DNA from: an uncultured Lentimicrobium sp.
GTDB lineage: Bacteria; Bacteroidota; Bacteroidia; Bacteroidales; Lentimicrobiaceae
Assembly (NCBI GenBank): GCA_964547915.1
Contig: CAZJPP010000014.1
Coordinates: 1,426-65,425 of the forward strand
Length of the DNA: 64,000 bases
Direction of reading: 5' to 3'
Numbering within the stretch: position 1 is the stretch's first letter; every line of letters starts with the position of its first letter. Position numbers and translations under genes: made by a program. The notes beneath the pieces are model-generated. The model worked only from the letters and a program-made list of their open reading frames with translations, ran no database searches and had not been told where the DNA came from. Shown here piece after piece: positions 1-9,985 of this stretch.

Positions 1-1
1 C

Positions 2-817
2 GTGGACTTTGAACTTGGTAATAAAGTTACCGGCGCAGGATTCCCTTTCTATAAAGGTAAAGGTGCCCGTCTGCAGCGTGCTCTTATCAATTTCTTTCTG
101 GATGAAGCCATTAAAGCCGGATATCTCGAAATTCAACCTCCTTTGGTTGTAAATGAGGCTTCAGGCTACGGTACAGGTCAGCTTCCCGATAAGGATGGCC
201 AGATGTATTTCTGCCAGACTGATAAGCTGTATCTTATTCCAACCGCCGAAGTGCCGGTTACCAATATTTACCGTGATGTTATTGTCAAGGCTTCCGATTT
301 CCCTATAAAGAATGTAGCCTATTCAAATTGTTTCCGCCGCGAAGCAGGTTCTTACGGAAAGGATGTGCGTGGTCTTAACAGGCTTCATCAGTTCGACAAG
401 GTGGAGATTGTTCAGATTCAGCATCCCGACAATTCCTATCAAACACTGGAGGAAATGCGTAACCATGTTGCTTCACTGTTGCGGAAGCTTGAACTGCCAT
501 TCAGAATTGTTAAACTTTGCGGTGGCGATATGAGTTTTACCTCCGCTCTGACTTACGACTTCGAAGTGTACTCGGCTGCCCAGGATAAATGGCTTGAAGT
601 AAGTTCAGTCTCAAATTTCGAATCATTCCAGTCGAACCGTATGAAATTACGCTTCAAGGATGAAACGGGTAAAACACGTCTCTGTCACACCCTTAACGGA
701 AGTGCACTTGCCTTACCCCGTATTGTTGCTGCTCTTCTTGAAAACAATCAGACCGATGAGGGTATAAGAATTCCAGCAGTTCTTTCAACCTATACCGGCT
801 TTGATCTGTTGACCTGA
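2..817 (+). CDS. serS: Seryl-tRNA synthetase, C-terminal part (5' end lies upstream of the window)
   Basis: Class II aaRS motifs LIPTAEVP, FRREAGSYGKDVRGLNRLHQFDKVE, EVSSVSN, HTLNGSALALPR. Confidence 0.98.
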   Translation: MDFELGNKVTGAGFPFYKGKGARLQRALINFFLDEAIKAGYLEIQPPLVVNEASGYGTGQLPDKDGQMYFCQTDKLYLIPTAEVPVTNIYRDVIVKASDFPIKNVAYSNCFRREAGSYGKDVRGLNRLHQFDKVEIVQIQHPDNSYQTLEEMRNHVASLLRKLELPFRIVKLCGGDMSFTSALTYDFEVYSAAQDKWLEVSSVSNFESFQSNRMKLRFKDETGKTRLCHTLNGSALALPRIVAALLENNQTDEGIRIPAVLSTYTGFDLLT

Positions 818-843
818 GGATACATTTTGTAATTGTTACCTGT

Positions 844-2721
844 ATGAAGAAGTTGCTGCTTTTTATTGCCCTGTTTGCCATATTGCTGCTACCACAGGTT
901 GTAAAGGCCCAGTCTGACAATGATCAGCAGCTGGGACTTCAGTTCTACAATCAGCGGGAATATCAAAAGGCAGCTGAAGTTTTTGAGCGGTTATACTCTA
1001 AAAAGCCCGACCAATTCTCCTACACATATTACCTGCAGTCGTTGCTCGAACTTAATAACATTAAAGAAGCCGAACGCCTGGTAAAGCAACAAATTAAACG
1101 TTTCCCGTCCGACGCTAAATACCTGGTTGACCAGGGGTATATTTATATCCGTGACAACCAGGCAACCAAAGCTCAGAAATTATATGAAGACCTGATAAAG
1201 AATCTGGAGCCCGACCAGCGTACTGTTATTGAGATGGCAAATGCTTTCACCCTGAGAAGAGAGTACGAGCTGGCTATAAAGACTTATCAGAAGGGAAGGC
1301 AGATGCTGGCACCCGATTTTCACTTCGGATTTGAGTTGGCAAACTTGTACGAAATGCTGGGTCAATACGATAATATGGTAAAGGAATACCTCAGCATACT
1401 TACTATCGACCCAATGAATTCATTGCAGGTTCAGAACCGCCTGCAACACTCTCTTAGTAACGATCCGGAAAACCTTAAGACCGAGGCTCTGAGAAAAGGT
1501 CTTATTATGCAGGTTCAGAAAAATCCTGATGATATAGCAACTACCGAAATGCTGGTATGGCTCTCACTTCAGCTGAAAGATTTTGAGTCGGCTCTGATTC
1601 AGGCAAAGGCTCTTGACAGAAGACTCAGTGAAGATGGTCAGCGGGTTTTTGCTTTAGGACAAATGAGTGTGGGAAATGGCGATTATAAAACTGCCAATGA
1701 TGCTTTTACATATGTGATGGAACGTACTTCCGATCCTTCACTCCGGATTATTGCTGAGGTTGAATTGCTGAAGTCAGAATACGAGCTTCTGAGCAGTGCA
1801 TGGCCCGTGGACGAAAATAAAATGAACCGGCTTGCTGAGAAGTACCGTGTATCAATCAAAACAGGAGAAGGTAACGCTCTTACATGGCCCCTGATACGGA
1901 ATCTGGCACATATTGAGGCATTCTATCTCAATAACACGGCCACTGCTATTGAACTACTCGAAGATCTGGTTTCACGCACCGCTTCCAACCCTCAGCTTCA
2001 GGCACAGTCGAAGCTTGAACTTGCCGATATTTTGCTTTTTAGTGGTGAACCGTGGGAAGCAACACTTTTGTATTCTCAGGTCGACAAAGCCTTTAAGAAT
2101 GATCCTTTGGGACATGAGGCACGGTTCAGAAACGCGCGGTTATCTTTCTACATTGGTGAATTTGACTGGGCCAGAGCTCAGCTCGATGTTCTTAAAGCTG
2201 CTACATCAAAACTTATTGCCAATGATGCCATGCAGATGTCGCTATTGATAACCGATAATATAGATTATGATAGCTCAACCCTGGCAATTGAATCGTATGC
2301 CCGGGCCGATTTGTTGCTCTTCAGAAATAAGCCGGAAATGGCTTATGCCGTACTTGATTCTGTTATCGCAGCTTTCCCGGGACATCCGGTACAGGATGAT
2401 GCCCTGATGAAACAAGCAGAAATCAGAATGAAACAGGGCAATTTTGTAGCTGCCGAATCTCTGCTGAAAAAGGTTATTGATGAATACCCTGATGATATCC
2501 TGGCTGATGATGCAATGTTTGACCTCGCTAATCTTTACAATAACCGGTTAAATGATTCAACAAAAGCAATGGAATACTATAATCAGTTAATGACGAGCTA
2601 TCCCGGCAGTTTATTTGTCGTTGAAGCGCGAAAACAGTATCGTACGCTTCGTGGCGATTTCCAGGGCGAGGGTGAGATGCCGGCCGTACTGCCCGATGGG
2701 ATGAATATGCCGATGAATTAG
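844..2721 (+). CDS. Secreted/periplasmic tetratricopeptide-repeat protein
   Basis: Signal peptide (MKKLLLFIALFAILLLPQVVKA) followed by many helical TPR-like repeats, e.g. DDALMKQAEIRMKQGNFVAAESLLKKVIDEYP and DDAMFDLANLY. Confidence 0.85.
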   Translation: MKKLLLFIALFAILLLPQVVKAQSDNDQQLGLQFYNQREYQKAAEVFERLYSKKPDQFSYTYYLQSLLELNNIKEAERLVKQQIKRFPSDAKYLVDQGYIYIRDNQATKAQKLYEDLIKNLEPDQRTVIEMANAFTLRREYELAIKTYQKGRQMLAPDFHFGFELANLYEMLGQYDNMVKEYLSILTIDPMNSLQVQNRLQHSLSNDPENLKTEALRKGLIMQVQKNPDDIATTEMLVWLSLQLKDFESALIQAKALDRRLSEDGQRVFALGQMSVGNGDYKTANDAFTYVMERTSDPSLRIIAEVELLKSEYELLSSAWPVDENKMNRLAEKYRVSIKTGEGNALTWPLIRNLAHIEAFYLNNTATAIELLEDLVSRTASNPQLQAQSKLELADILLFSGEPWEATLLYSQVDKAFKNDPLGHEARFRNARLSFYIGEFDWARAQLDVLKAATSKLIANDAMQMSLLITDNIDYDSSTLAIESYARADLLLFRNKPEMAYAVLDSVIAAFPGHPVQDDALMKQAEIRMKQGNFVAAESLLKKVIDEYPDDILADDAMFDLANLYNNRLNDSTKAMEYYNQLMTSYPGSLFVVEARKQYRTLRGDFQGEGEMPAVLPDGMNMPMN

Positions 2722-2729
2722 GCAGATAG

Positions 2730-3524
2730 TTAAGTACTGACTGAGTTTGTGAGTAATACAAAGTCCTTTACCGATAGTTGTTCAGCACGCTTTGTCAGCA
2801 GAGTCCCGATTTCTTCACTGTCAATAAACTTATAGCTTTTCAGTCCGTTGCGAAGTGTCTTTCTTCGCTGGTTGAAGGCTGTTTTAACAACTGCTTTAAA
2901 TAGAGCAGGATTACAACCCAGTTCCGTTGAAGTATTGCGGCGTAATCGTATTACAGCCGATTTAACTTTAGGTGGTGGAATGAAAACATGTTCGCTTACA
3001 GTAAAAAGATACTCGATATCATACCATGCCTGCAATAGCACACTGAGTATTCCATAAGTCTTGCTCCCCGGAGGAGCTGCCAGTCGCTCAGCAACCTCTT
3101 TCTGAAGCATGCATACTACCTCTGGTATCCTGTCAATGTGATCGAGCACTTTAAAGAAGATCTGGCTTGAGATGTTATAGGGGAAGTTTCCTATAACTGT
3201 AAAACATCCTTCAAAATAGTCATCAGGATTGAGTTTCAGGAAATCAGCTTCTATGAATTTATCCTTATGGTCCGGATAATTTTCCTTTAACCAGGCCACA
3301 CTTTCCCTGTCAACATCAAGTGCCACAAACTTCTTTAGCTTAACTGACGAAGAGCCTTCTTCACTCAGCAGCTTAAGAATATGCTTAGTCAGAACCCCTG
3401 TGCCAGGGCCTACTTCCAACAGAGCATCGCACGGAAGACTGATGCTCTGTGTTATTTTAAGTGCAATGTTCTCATCATTGAGAAAATGCTGTCCTAAATG
3501 TTTCTTTGCTCTAACCGGATACAT
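2730..3524 (-). CDS. rsmA: 16S rRNA adenine dimethyltransferase RsmA/KsgA
   Basis: KKHLGQHFL, EVGPGTGVLT, GNFPYNIS, QKEVAERL, PPPKVKSAV, AFNQRRKTLRN. Confidence 0.98.
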   Translation of the reverse strand: MYPVRAKKHLGQHFLNDENIALKITQSISLPCDALLEVGPGTGVLTKHILKLLSEEGSSSVKLKKFVALDVDRESVAWLKENYPDHKDKFIEADFLKLNPDDYFEGCFTVIGNFPYNISSQIFFKVLDHIDRIPEVVCMLQKEVAERLAAPPGSKTYGILSVLLQAWYDIEYLFTVSEHVFIPPPKVKSAVIRLRRNTSTELGCNPALFKAVVKTAFNQRRKTLRNGLKSYKFIDSEEIGTLLTKRAEQLSVKDFVLLTNSVST

Positions 3525-3544
3525 CTTTCAGGTTTGTAAATCAG

Positions 3545-4915
3545 TTATTTAACACTGATTTTGCCTGTTCTGATGCTGTTACCGCTTTTAATGGTGTATA
3601 TGTACATTCCCGGAAGCATATTGCCGGTTTCAACCTCGGTACGTGAACCGTTGATTTCAGCAATTTTACATTCTCTTCCCTGCAAATCGCTGATTACAAT
3701 ACTTCCTTTAATATTTTCAGGTGTCTGGAATACAACAACTGATGTTGCCGGATTGGGATAAACGGATACAGGAAGTTGTTCTCTGCTAGTCTCTATTCCA
3801 AGATGGCTGTAGTTTCCTGCTGCATCTGTTTTGATAAAATAGGGACGTGCAGTTCCATTGTCATCAATTGATGCACTTATGAGGTAACCTCCGTCTGAGT
3901 CAGGTTGTATATCGTATGCTATGGTTTTTCCCGGTCCGCCCAGTAATTTTGTCCACAAACTGTCACCTGCAACATTTGAAGCGTAAAGCATAATTTGTTC
4001 AGGTGATGATTCAGTTTCTTTAGCTGTTGCAAGGGTTATCAGGTTAACACTGCTATTTGCAAAAAATTTAATAACATCAATGTCATAATAGTCGAATGTG
4101 CGTTTGCTCTCATTTGCCACAATTCCTGTGGGACTGTGTTCAATGATGAATAAACGGTTATTATTGGCAGCAAGATTTGCAGGTGTTGCCAGGCTGATAA
4201 TCTTTTTACCTGATAAATAGATATCATTCATCATCATTGGTTCAGAAGCCTGAAGGTTACTGGTTGAAATAATTTGTCCGGTTGCAGAGTAATAGTAAAG
4301 CGAAGAGTTGGCTGGTATTTGCAGGTTGTTACTTACTGCAAGGAGTATATTTCCGTTGCCCAGGGCATTCAGTGCAGTTGGTATTTGTCCTTCGGGAGCC
4401 GGGTTCAGTATTTCTTCTGAAATCCATACCTGATTACCTTCGCGGTCAAGTTTCAACAGGTAAGTCATGTTACTCTGGTTGTAAGCAATGAGAAGGTTGT
4501 TATCGGGAGCAATTCTTAAAGAATATATATCGGAACTGGCACTTACTTCCTTTGCCCATAAAACAGCACCTTCAGGAGAAACTTTGATAATGTCATTGGT
4601 TCCCTGAGTGGTGGTCAGGTATATATTATTCTGATAATCAACTACAGATAAAACTTTGCTGAATCCGGTAACAGGAACATTAAGCTTTTTGGTCCATAAT
4701 GAATCACCATACTGATTGGTTTTTATGAGGAAGATTCCATATTCTCCGGTGTTGTAAGTTCCTGCAAGCAGGTAGCCATCGGTCAGTTCAAGTACCGAGT
4801 TAATGCGGGCATTACCATCGTAGTATTTGTATACTTTTTCGAAGGTTTCTTGTGCAGAAACTCCAGCTAACGTAAATAAAATCAATAGGGTAAAACAGAT
4901 TTTTTTCATTTGCAC
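3545..4915 (-). CDS. T9SS-secreted protein with repeated beta-propeller-like blades
   Basis: Signal peptide; repeats LIKTNQYGDSLWTK / LLKLDREGNQVW / YASNVAGDSLWTK / FIKTDAAGN; C-terminal domain VYPNPA...GMYIYTI...GKISVK. Confidence 0.85.
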   Translation of the reverse strand: MQMKKICFTLLILFTLAGVSAQETFEKVYKYYDGNARINSVLELTDGYLLAGTYNTGEYGIFLIKTNQYGDSLWTKKLNVPVTGFSKVLSVVDYQNNIYLTTTQGTNDIIKVSPEGAVLWAKEVSASSDIYSLRIAPDNNLLIAYNQSNMTYLLKLDREGNQVWISEEILNPAPEGQIPTALNALGNGNILLAVSNNLQIPANSSLYYYSATGQIISTSNLQASEPMMMNDIYLSGKKIISLATPANLAANNNRLFIIEHSPTGIVANESKRTFDYYDIDVIKFFANSSVNLITLATAKETESSPEQIMLYASNVAGDSLWTKLLGGPGKTIAYDIQPDSDGGYLISASIDDNGTARPYFIKTDAAGNYSHLGIETSREQLPVSVYPNPATSVVVFQTPENIKGSIVISDLQGRECKIAEINGSRTEVETGNMLPGMYIYTIKSGNSIRTGKISVK

Positions 4916-5032
4916 GGATTTTTTAGATGGATTGTGACTAAGCCTTCAAACTTATGAATTATAGACATATCAGACAAGTGTTTGTTCATTTTTTATTCAT
5001 AAAATGATTAAATTGCATCAAAAATCAATCCT

Positions 5033-5611
5033 ATGGAAATGAAAAAGTATACATTGGCATATCGCCTTATACACTGGGCCATAGCCATTAGTTTCATCTT
5101 ATTGTTCCTGACCATTTTCTTACGACTTACATGGCTTAATAAGTCAAATGTGGCCGGTATTATAGGAAACTTCATTCAGGGTACTGCTGGAAACCTCACG
5201 GATGACGAGATGATATCGTTGGCTAAAAAAATCAGGGAGCCTATGTGGAACTGGCATATCTACTTAGGTTATATTCTAACTGTCCTCTTTGCTGTCCGCT
5301 TCATTCTGGCAGGTATCGGAACAATGAAGTTCCAGAATCCGGCAGACAAAGACCTTACCATAAAAGGTAAATTCCAGAAATGGATTTACCTTGTTTTCTA
5401 TGTTATGGTTGTAGTTTCTCTGGTAACCGGTATAATGATCAAAAAAGGACCGGTTGATCTAAAGACCCTGATGGAAGGGATTCATAAGCTAAGCATATAC
5501 TATCTTATTGCCTTTTTGGTACTTCATTTTGGAGGAATTATTTTAGCAGAATTTACCGATCAGCAGGGAATTGTCTCCCGCATTATCAATGGCTCGGGCA
5601 AGAAGGAATAA
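5033..5611 (+). CDS. Cytochrome b/b6-domain membrane protein (CybB / hydrogenase cytochrome b family)
   Basis: Four hydrophobic helices with heme-ligand His: IHWAIA, WHIYLG, GIHKL, LHFGG. Confidence 0.8.
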   Translation: MEMKKYTLAYRLIHWAIAISFILLFLTIFLRLTWLNKSNVAGIIGNFIQGTAGNLTDDEMISLAKKIREPMWNWHIYLGYILTVLFAVRFILAGIGTMKFQNPADKDLTIKGKFQKWIYLVFYVMVVVSLVTGIMIKKGPVDLKTLMEGIHKLSIYYLIAFLVLHFGGIILAEFTDQQGIVSRIINGSGKKE

Positions 5612-5693
5612 TCAGCCAACTGTTCCCGGATTTGATGGGTTTTAATATGTTTTGCAAATGAATGACAGCACTCACGGGTGAGGATAGATTTTG

Positions 5694-5701
5694 TATCTTT
5701 G
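5694..5701 (+). promoter_or_regulatory. Bacteroidota primary-sigma -7 element (TATCTTTG) for thiL-uvrC-ppk2
   Basis: Exact TAnnTTTG match 22 nt before the ATG at 5724. Confidence 0.65.
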
Positions 5702-5723
5702 CAGATTCACTAAATCGCACTAC

Positions 5724-6764
5724 ATGATAAAGGACGAAAAGCCCTCACGGACAGAACTTTCTGAACTCGGAGAATTTGGACTGATCGACAGGCTTACAAA
5801 AGATATCAGGCTTATTAACAAGAGTACACTTAAGGCAGTGGGTGATGATGCAGCCGTTATTGACCATTCGGGTAAATACACGCTTGTTACCAAGGATCTG
5901 CTTATTGAAGGAATTCATTTTGATTTGTCGTACACCCCATTGAAGCATCTGGGTTACAAAGCTGCCGTGGTAAATATTTCGGATATAGCAGCTATGAATG
6001 GTAAGGCAACCCAACTGTTTGTCGGCATATCAGTGTCAAATCGTTTTTCAGTTGAAGCTCTCGATGAACTATATTCCGGTATACGACTTGCGTGTGAACG
6101 TTTTGGCGTTGATTTGGCAGGTGGTGACACCACTGCTTCACCATCCGGACTATTCTTATCGATTACTGTTATCGGGGAAGCCGATCCCGGCAAGGTAGTA
6201 TACCGTAATACAGCCCGTGAAAACGATCTTATCTGTGTTACCGGAGATCTGGGAGCTGCATACATGGGTTTGCTTGTGTTGCAGCGCGAAAAAGAGGTCT
6301 TTAAGGCTAATCCGAAAATGCAGCCCGAACTGGAAGGGAATGACTATGTCCTTGAACGGCAGCTTAAGCCCGAACCACGTACCGATATAATTGAAAAGCT
6401 TGCCGAAGCAGGTGTCCTTCCTACTGCCATGATTGATATCAGCGACGGACTTGCCAGCGAAATTCTGCATATATCCAGAGATTCAAAGCTTGGCTGCAGA
6501 ATATTTGAGGAAAAGATACCTGTAGACGTGGTTACCGGCGATATAGCCACCGAATTCAGAATCGACCCTACTGTGGCTGCACTTAACGGCGGTGAGGATT
6601 ATGAACTTCTCTTTACCGTGGCTCTTTCCGATCTTGTAAAAGTTCAGAGTATTCAAGGTGTGACCGTTATAGGCCACATGACATCACAAAGTGAAGGTGA
6701 GTACCTGGTAAGCAGGGGCGGAAGTTTATACCCCATAGAAGCTCAGGGTTTTAAGCATATGTAA
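5724..6764 (+). CDS. thiL: Thiamine-monophosphate kinase (start moved from the TTG at 5691 to the ATG at 5724)
   Basis: GEFGLID, VGDDAAV, KAAVVNISDIAAMNG, GGDTT, MIDISDGLASE, GGEDYELLFT. Confidence 0.96.
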   Translation: MIKDEKPSRTELSELGEFGLIDRLTKDIRLINKSTLKAVGDDAAVIDHSGKYTLVTKDLLIEGIHFDLSYTPLKHLGYKAAVVNISDIAAMNGKATQLFVGISVSNRFSVEALDELYSGIRLACERFGVDLAGGDTTASPSGLFLSITVIGEADPGKVVYRNTARENDLICVTGDLGAAYMGLLVLQREKEVFKANPKMQPELEGNDYVLERQLKPEPRTDIIEKLAEAGVLPTAMIDISDGLASEILHISRDSKLGCRIFEEKIPVDVVTGDIATEFRIDPTVAALNGGEDYELLFTVALSDLVKVQSIQGVTVIGHMTSQSEGEYLVSRGGSLYPIEAQGFKHM

Positions 6765-6767
6765 GAA

Positions 6768-8567
6768 ATGAACTCAACACTCGGCCTGAAACTTAAGACT
6801 TTGCCCGACTCTCCCGGCGTATATCAGTATTACGACAAGGAGGATAACCTCATTTATGTGGGGAAGGCAAAGAATTTACGTAAAAGGGTGTTGTCATATT
6901 TCAATAAGGACCTGTCATTGAGCGGCAAGGTGCGCGTGATGGTTTCGAAAATAACCGACCTTAAATGGATTGTGGTTGCTACGGAATTTGATGCACTGCT
7001 GCTTGAAAATAATCTCATAAAGGAATATAAGCCCAGGTATAACATAATGCTGAAAGATGACAAGACCTACCCATGGATTGTCATAAAGAATGAGCCTTTC
7101 CCCAGAATTTTTTCCACACGTAATGTTATAAGGGACGGTAGTGAGTATTTCGGTCCGTATGCTTCGGGAAGAATGATGCACACTCTCCTCGATCTTATCA
7201 GGCAGCTATATCCCCGCCGCACATGCAATCTGGCATTGACCGAAAAGAACATTAAAGCAGGGAAATTTAAGGTTTGCCTTGAGTATCATATTGGCAACTG
7301 CCTGGCACCTTGCGTAGGCAAACAAACTGCTGAAGATTATAACCAGAACATCAGAAATATAAGAGAACTGATAAAAGGGAACATCAATCAGGTGAGAGGG
7401 CAGCTTAATCAGCGAATGAAAGAGTATGCCGCGGAGTTCAATTTTGAGAAGGCTCAGATTCTTAAGGAAAAAATAGAGCTGCTCGATCGTTACCAGAGCA
7501 AATCAATTGTGGTGAATCCTACCATAAATAATGTTGATGTCTATTCGCTTTCGCAGGATGACCAGTCGGCGTATGTTAATTTTCTCAAGGTGGTGAACGG
7601 TGCTGTTATTCAATCGCATACAATTGAATTGAAAAAGAAGCTGGATGAGACCCCCGAGGAATTGTTATCAATTGCTATTGCCGATTTATATACCAGGTTT
7701 GAATCAGGTGCACGCGAAATCATTGTCCCGGTAAAGCCTGAATTTGAAATTCCGGGAGTAAGTATTACCATTCCTCAGCGCGGCGATAAAAAGCAGCTGC
7801 TTGAATTGTCGGAACGGAATGCCAAATTTTATCAGCTCGACAAGCTGAAACAGCGTGAATTGGTTGATCCCGAAAGGCGCACTAACCGGATACTCGAAAC
7901 AATTAAAAAGGATCTGCGCTTAAAGAACCTTCCCGTGCACATGGAATGTTTCGATAACTCAAATATTCAGGGAGCTTACCCTGTGGCAGCAATGGTTGTT
8001 TTTAAGAATGCCCGGCCCGACAAGAAGGAATACCGGCATTTCAATATAAAGACCGTGGAAGGCCCAAATGACTTTGCATCGATGGAAGAAGTGCTTTACA
8101 GACGCTATAAAAGATTGCTTGATGAGGGTACTGAACTTCCGCAACTGGTAATAATTGACGGTGGTAAAGGGCAGCTCAGTTCTGCAATGTCGAGCATCTT
8201 TAAGCTTGGACTGCAAAATAAGATTCAGCTTGTGGGTATTGCCAAACGACTTGAGGAATTGTATTTCCCCGGCGACTCGATACCTCTGCATCTCGACAAA
8301 AAGTCGGAAACTTTGAAAATAATTCAGCAGATGCGCGATGAGGCCCACAGGTTTGGGATAACTCATCACCGCAAACGGAGAGAAAAAGGTACAATTAAGA
8401 CTGCACTAAGTGATATACCCGGAATTGGCCCGGCTACGGCACAAACCCTGTTAAGTACATTTAAATCTGTTAAGAAAATAAAAGAGGCTGGTTTTGAGGA
8501 ACTGGCCGCAAGTATTGGTAAAGCAAAAGCTACTTTAGTGCTTAATCATTTCAAAAAAGAGGAATAA
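6768..8567 (+). CDS. uvrC: Excinuclease ABC subunit C
   Basis: GIY-YIG domain (PGVYQY...YVGKAKNLRKRV), UVR coil, RNase H-like domain (ECFDNSN, IDGGKGQL, MRDEAHRF), C-terminal HhH (IPGIGPATA). Confidence 0.98.
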   Translation: MNSTLGLKLKTLPDSPGVYQYYDKEDNLIYVGKAKNLRKRVLSYFNKDLSLSGKVRVMVSKITDLKWIVVATEFDALLLENNLIKEYKPRYNIMLKDDKTYPWIVIKNEPFPRIFSTRNVIRDGSEYFGPYASGRMMHTLLDLIRQLYPRRTCNLALTEKNIKAGKFKVCLEYHIGNCLAPCVGKQTAEDYNQNIRNIRELIKGNINQVRGQLNQRMKEYAAEFNFEKAQILKEKIELLDRYQSKSIVVNPTINNVDVYSLSQDDQSAYVNFLKVVNGAVIQSHTIELKKKLDETPEELLSIAIADLYTRFESGAREIIVPVKPEFEIPGVSITIPQRGDKKQLLELSERNAKFYQLDKLKQRELVDPERRTNRILETIKKDLRLKNLPVHMECFDNSNIQGAYPVAAMVVFKNARPDKKEYRHFNIKTVEGPNDFASMEEVLYRRYKRLLDEGTELPQLVIIDGGKGQLSSAMSSIFKLGLQNKIQLVGIAKRLEELYFPGDSIPLHLDKKSETLKIIQQMRDEAHRFGITHHRKRREKGTIKTALSDIPGIGPATAQTLLSTFKSVKKIKEAGFEELAASIGKAKATLVLNHFKKEE

Positions 8568-8574
8568 AGAAAAG

Positions 8575-9333
8575 ATGAGCGATTATTTAGATCATAGTCC
8601 CCGGTATAATAGGGAATATATTCAGCTTCAGATAGAACTGCTTAAATTACAGAAATATATCTACGATCACAATATGAGAGTGGTTATTCTTTTCGAAGGT
8701 CGTGATACTGCAGGTAAAGGTGGCGCCATTTATCGGTTTACCCGATACCTTAATCCCCGGTTTGTCAGGGTTATTGCACTGCCAAAACCTACTGAGCTTG
8801 AAAAAGGCCAGTGGTATTTTCAAAGATATATTAATGAACTCCCCAATCCGGGAGAAATGGTATTTTTTGACCGCAGCTGGTATAACAGGGCCGTTGTTGA
8901 ACCTGTAATGGGATTCTGTACAAAGAAACAATACGACCTTTTTCTGAAACAGGTGCCTCTGCTCGAACAGATGCTGCTTGAGGACGGCATGATTTTGATA
9001 AAATTCTGGTTCTCTATTGACATCACCGAGCAGAAAGTACGACTGGAAGATAGAATTAAAAATCCGCTGAAGCGATGGAAATTAAGTACTGTTGACCTTA
9101 AGGCCCAGCAGATGTGGGATGAATATACTGAATATAAAAACCGAATGTTCGCAGCCACTCACACTGATAAGAGCCCATGGGTAATAGTGAGGGGTAATAA
9201 TAAATCAGTAGCAAGAATGGAAGCTATGAGGTACGTTCTTTCTTGTATCGATTATCCTGAAAAGAAAAAATCAAAAATTTCATTTACTCCCGATCCTGAC
9301 ATCATTTCACTGTATAATCCCGAAAATTCTTAA
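8575..9333 (+). CDS. ppk2: Polyphosphate kinase 2 (single domain)
   Basis: Walker A EGRDTAGKGG, FDRSWYNR, IKFWFSI, PLKRWKLS. Confidence 0.95.
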   Translation: MSDYLDHSPRYNREYIQLQIELLKLQKYIYDHNMRVVILFEGRDTAGKGGAIYRFTRYLNPRFVRVIALPKPTELEKGQWYFQRYINELPNPGEMVFFDRSWYNRAVVEPVMGFCTKKQYDLFLKQVPLLEQMLLEDGMILIKFWFSIDITEQKVRLEDRIKNPLKRWKLSTVDLKAQQMWDEYTEYKNRMFAATHTDKSPWVIVRGNNKSVARMEAMRYVLSCIDYPEKKKSKISFTPDPDIISLYNPENS

Positions 9334-9373
9334 TTTAAAGTCCCGCACCTTACCATTTTAGTCATTTTGTATG

Positions 9374-9381
9374 TAAATTTG
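9374..9381 (+). promoter_or_regulatory. -7 element (TAAATTTG) upstream of a small ORF
   Basis: TAnnTTTG match 26 nt before the ATG at 9408. Confidence 0.55.
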
Positions 9382-9407
9382 TTTTTACTAACCTAATCAT
9401 CACAACT

Positions 9408-9515
9408 ATGGCTAAAGGTAAAGAACCCAGAAAGGAAAATAAAAAGGAGCCTACTAAGTCTCTGAAGGAAAAAAGATTGGAGAAAAAGGAGAAGAAATCC
9501 AAAACTTCGTCTTAG
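9408..9515 (+). CDS. 35-aa Lys/Glu-rich small protein (not in the ORF track)
   Basis: MAKGKEPRKENKKEPTKSLKEKRLEKKEKKSKTSS*; AT-rich leader (caact ATG), its own -7 element and a downstream hairpin. Confidence 0.7.
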   Translation: MAKGKEPRKENKKEPTKSLKEKRLEKKEKKSKTSS

Positions 9516-9545
9516 CCTTAATTATATAGTGAGACCCTTTTAATT

Positions 9546-9580
9546 GTTGATAGAAGATCTATTCTTCTATCAACTTTAAT
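9546..9580 (+). terminator. Intrinsic-terminator-like hairpin after the small ORF
   Basis: Perfect 12-bp inverted repeat GTTGATAGAAGA-tctat-TCTTCTATCAAC followed by TTTAAT. Confidence 0.6.
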
Positions 9581-9609
9581 TTGTTTTTAACGCTTTTCCC
9601 GTCATACTA

Positions 9610-9963
9610 ATGGATAAATTTTGTCTTGATTGCGGTGAACCTATACTTGGGCGTTCTGATAAGAAATTTTGCAATGACCAGTGCCGTAATAACTATAACA
9701 ACAGAATAAACAGTTCCGGGACGGAATCCGTAAGAAAGGTCAACAATTATCTGAAGAAGAATCGAAAAATTCTGCTTGATCTTAATCCCACTGGTAAAGT
9801 TACAGTTCATAAGGATAAGCTGACAAACCTTGGGTTTAACTTCAATTATTTTACCCATTTGTATGTTACTCAGAAAGGGTCAACGTACAAATTTGTTTAT
9901 GACTACGGATACCTGCCTCTCGATAATGACTTCTTCATGCTCGTTTACCGGGAAGTAAAATGA
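9610..9963 (+). CDS. Zn-ribbon (DUF2116-like) conserved hypothetical protein
   Basis: CLDCGEPILGRSDKKFCNDQCRNNYNN: CxxC...CxxxC zinc-finger pattern typical of a Bacteroidota family. Confidence 0.8.
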   Translation: MDKFCLDCGEPILGRSDKKFCNDQCRNNYNNRINSSGTESVRKVNNYLKKNRKILLDLNPTGKVTVHKDKLTNLGFNFNYFTHLYVTQKGSTYKFVYDYGYLPLDNDFFMLVYREVK

Positions 9964-9985
9964 ACTTTAACATAATAAACACAAT

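Noticed and set aside
693-920. Short ORFs antisense or out of frame to long genes (693-920 and the many 60-150 aa track ORFs, e.g. 46925-47329, 54180-54566, 58841-59116)
   Set aside because: They overlap well-supported genes, have no recognisable motifs or dedicated signals, and are expected shadow frames.
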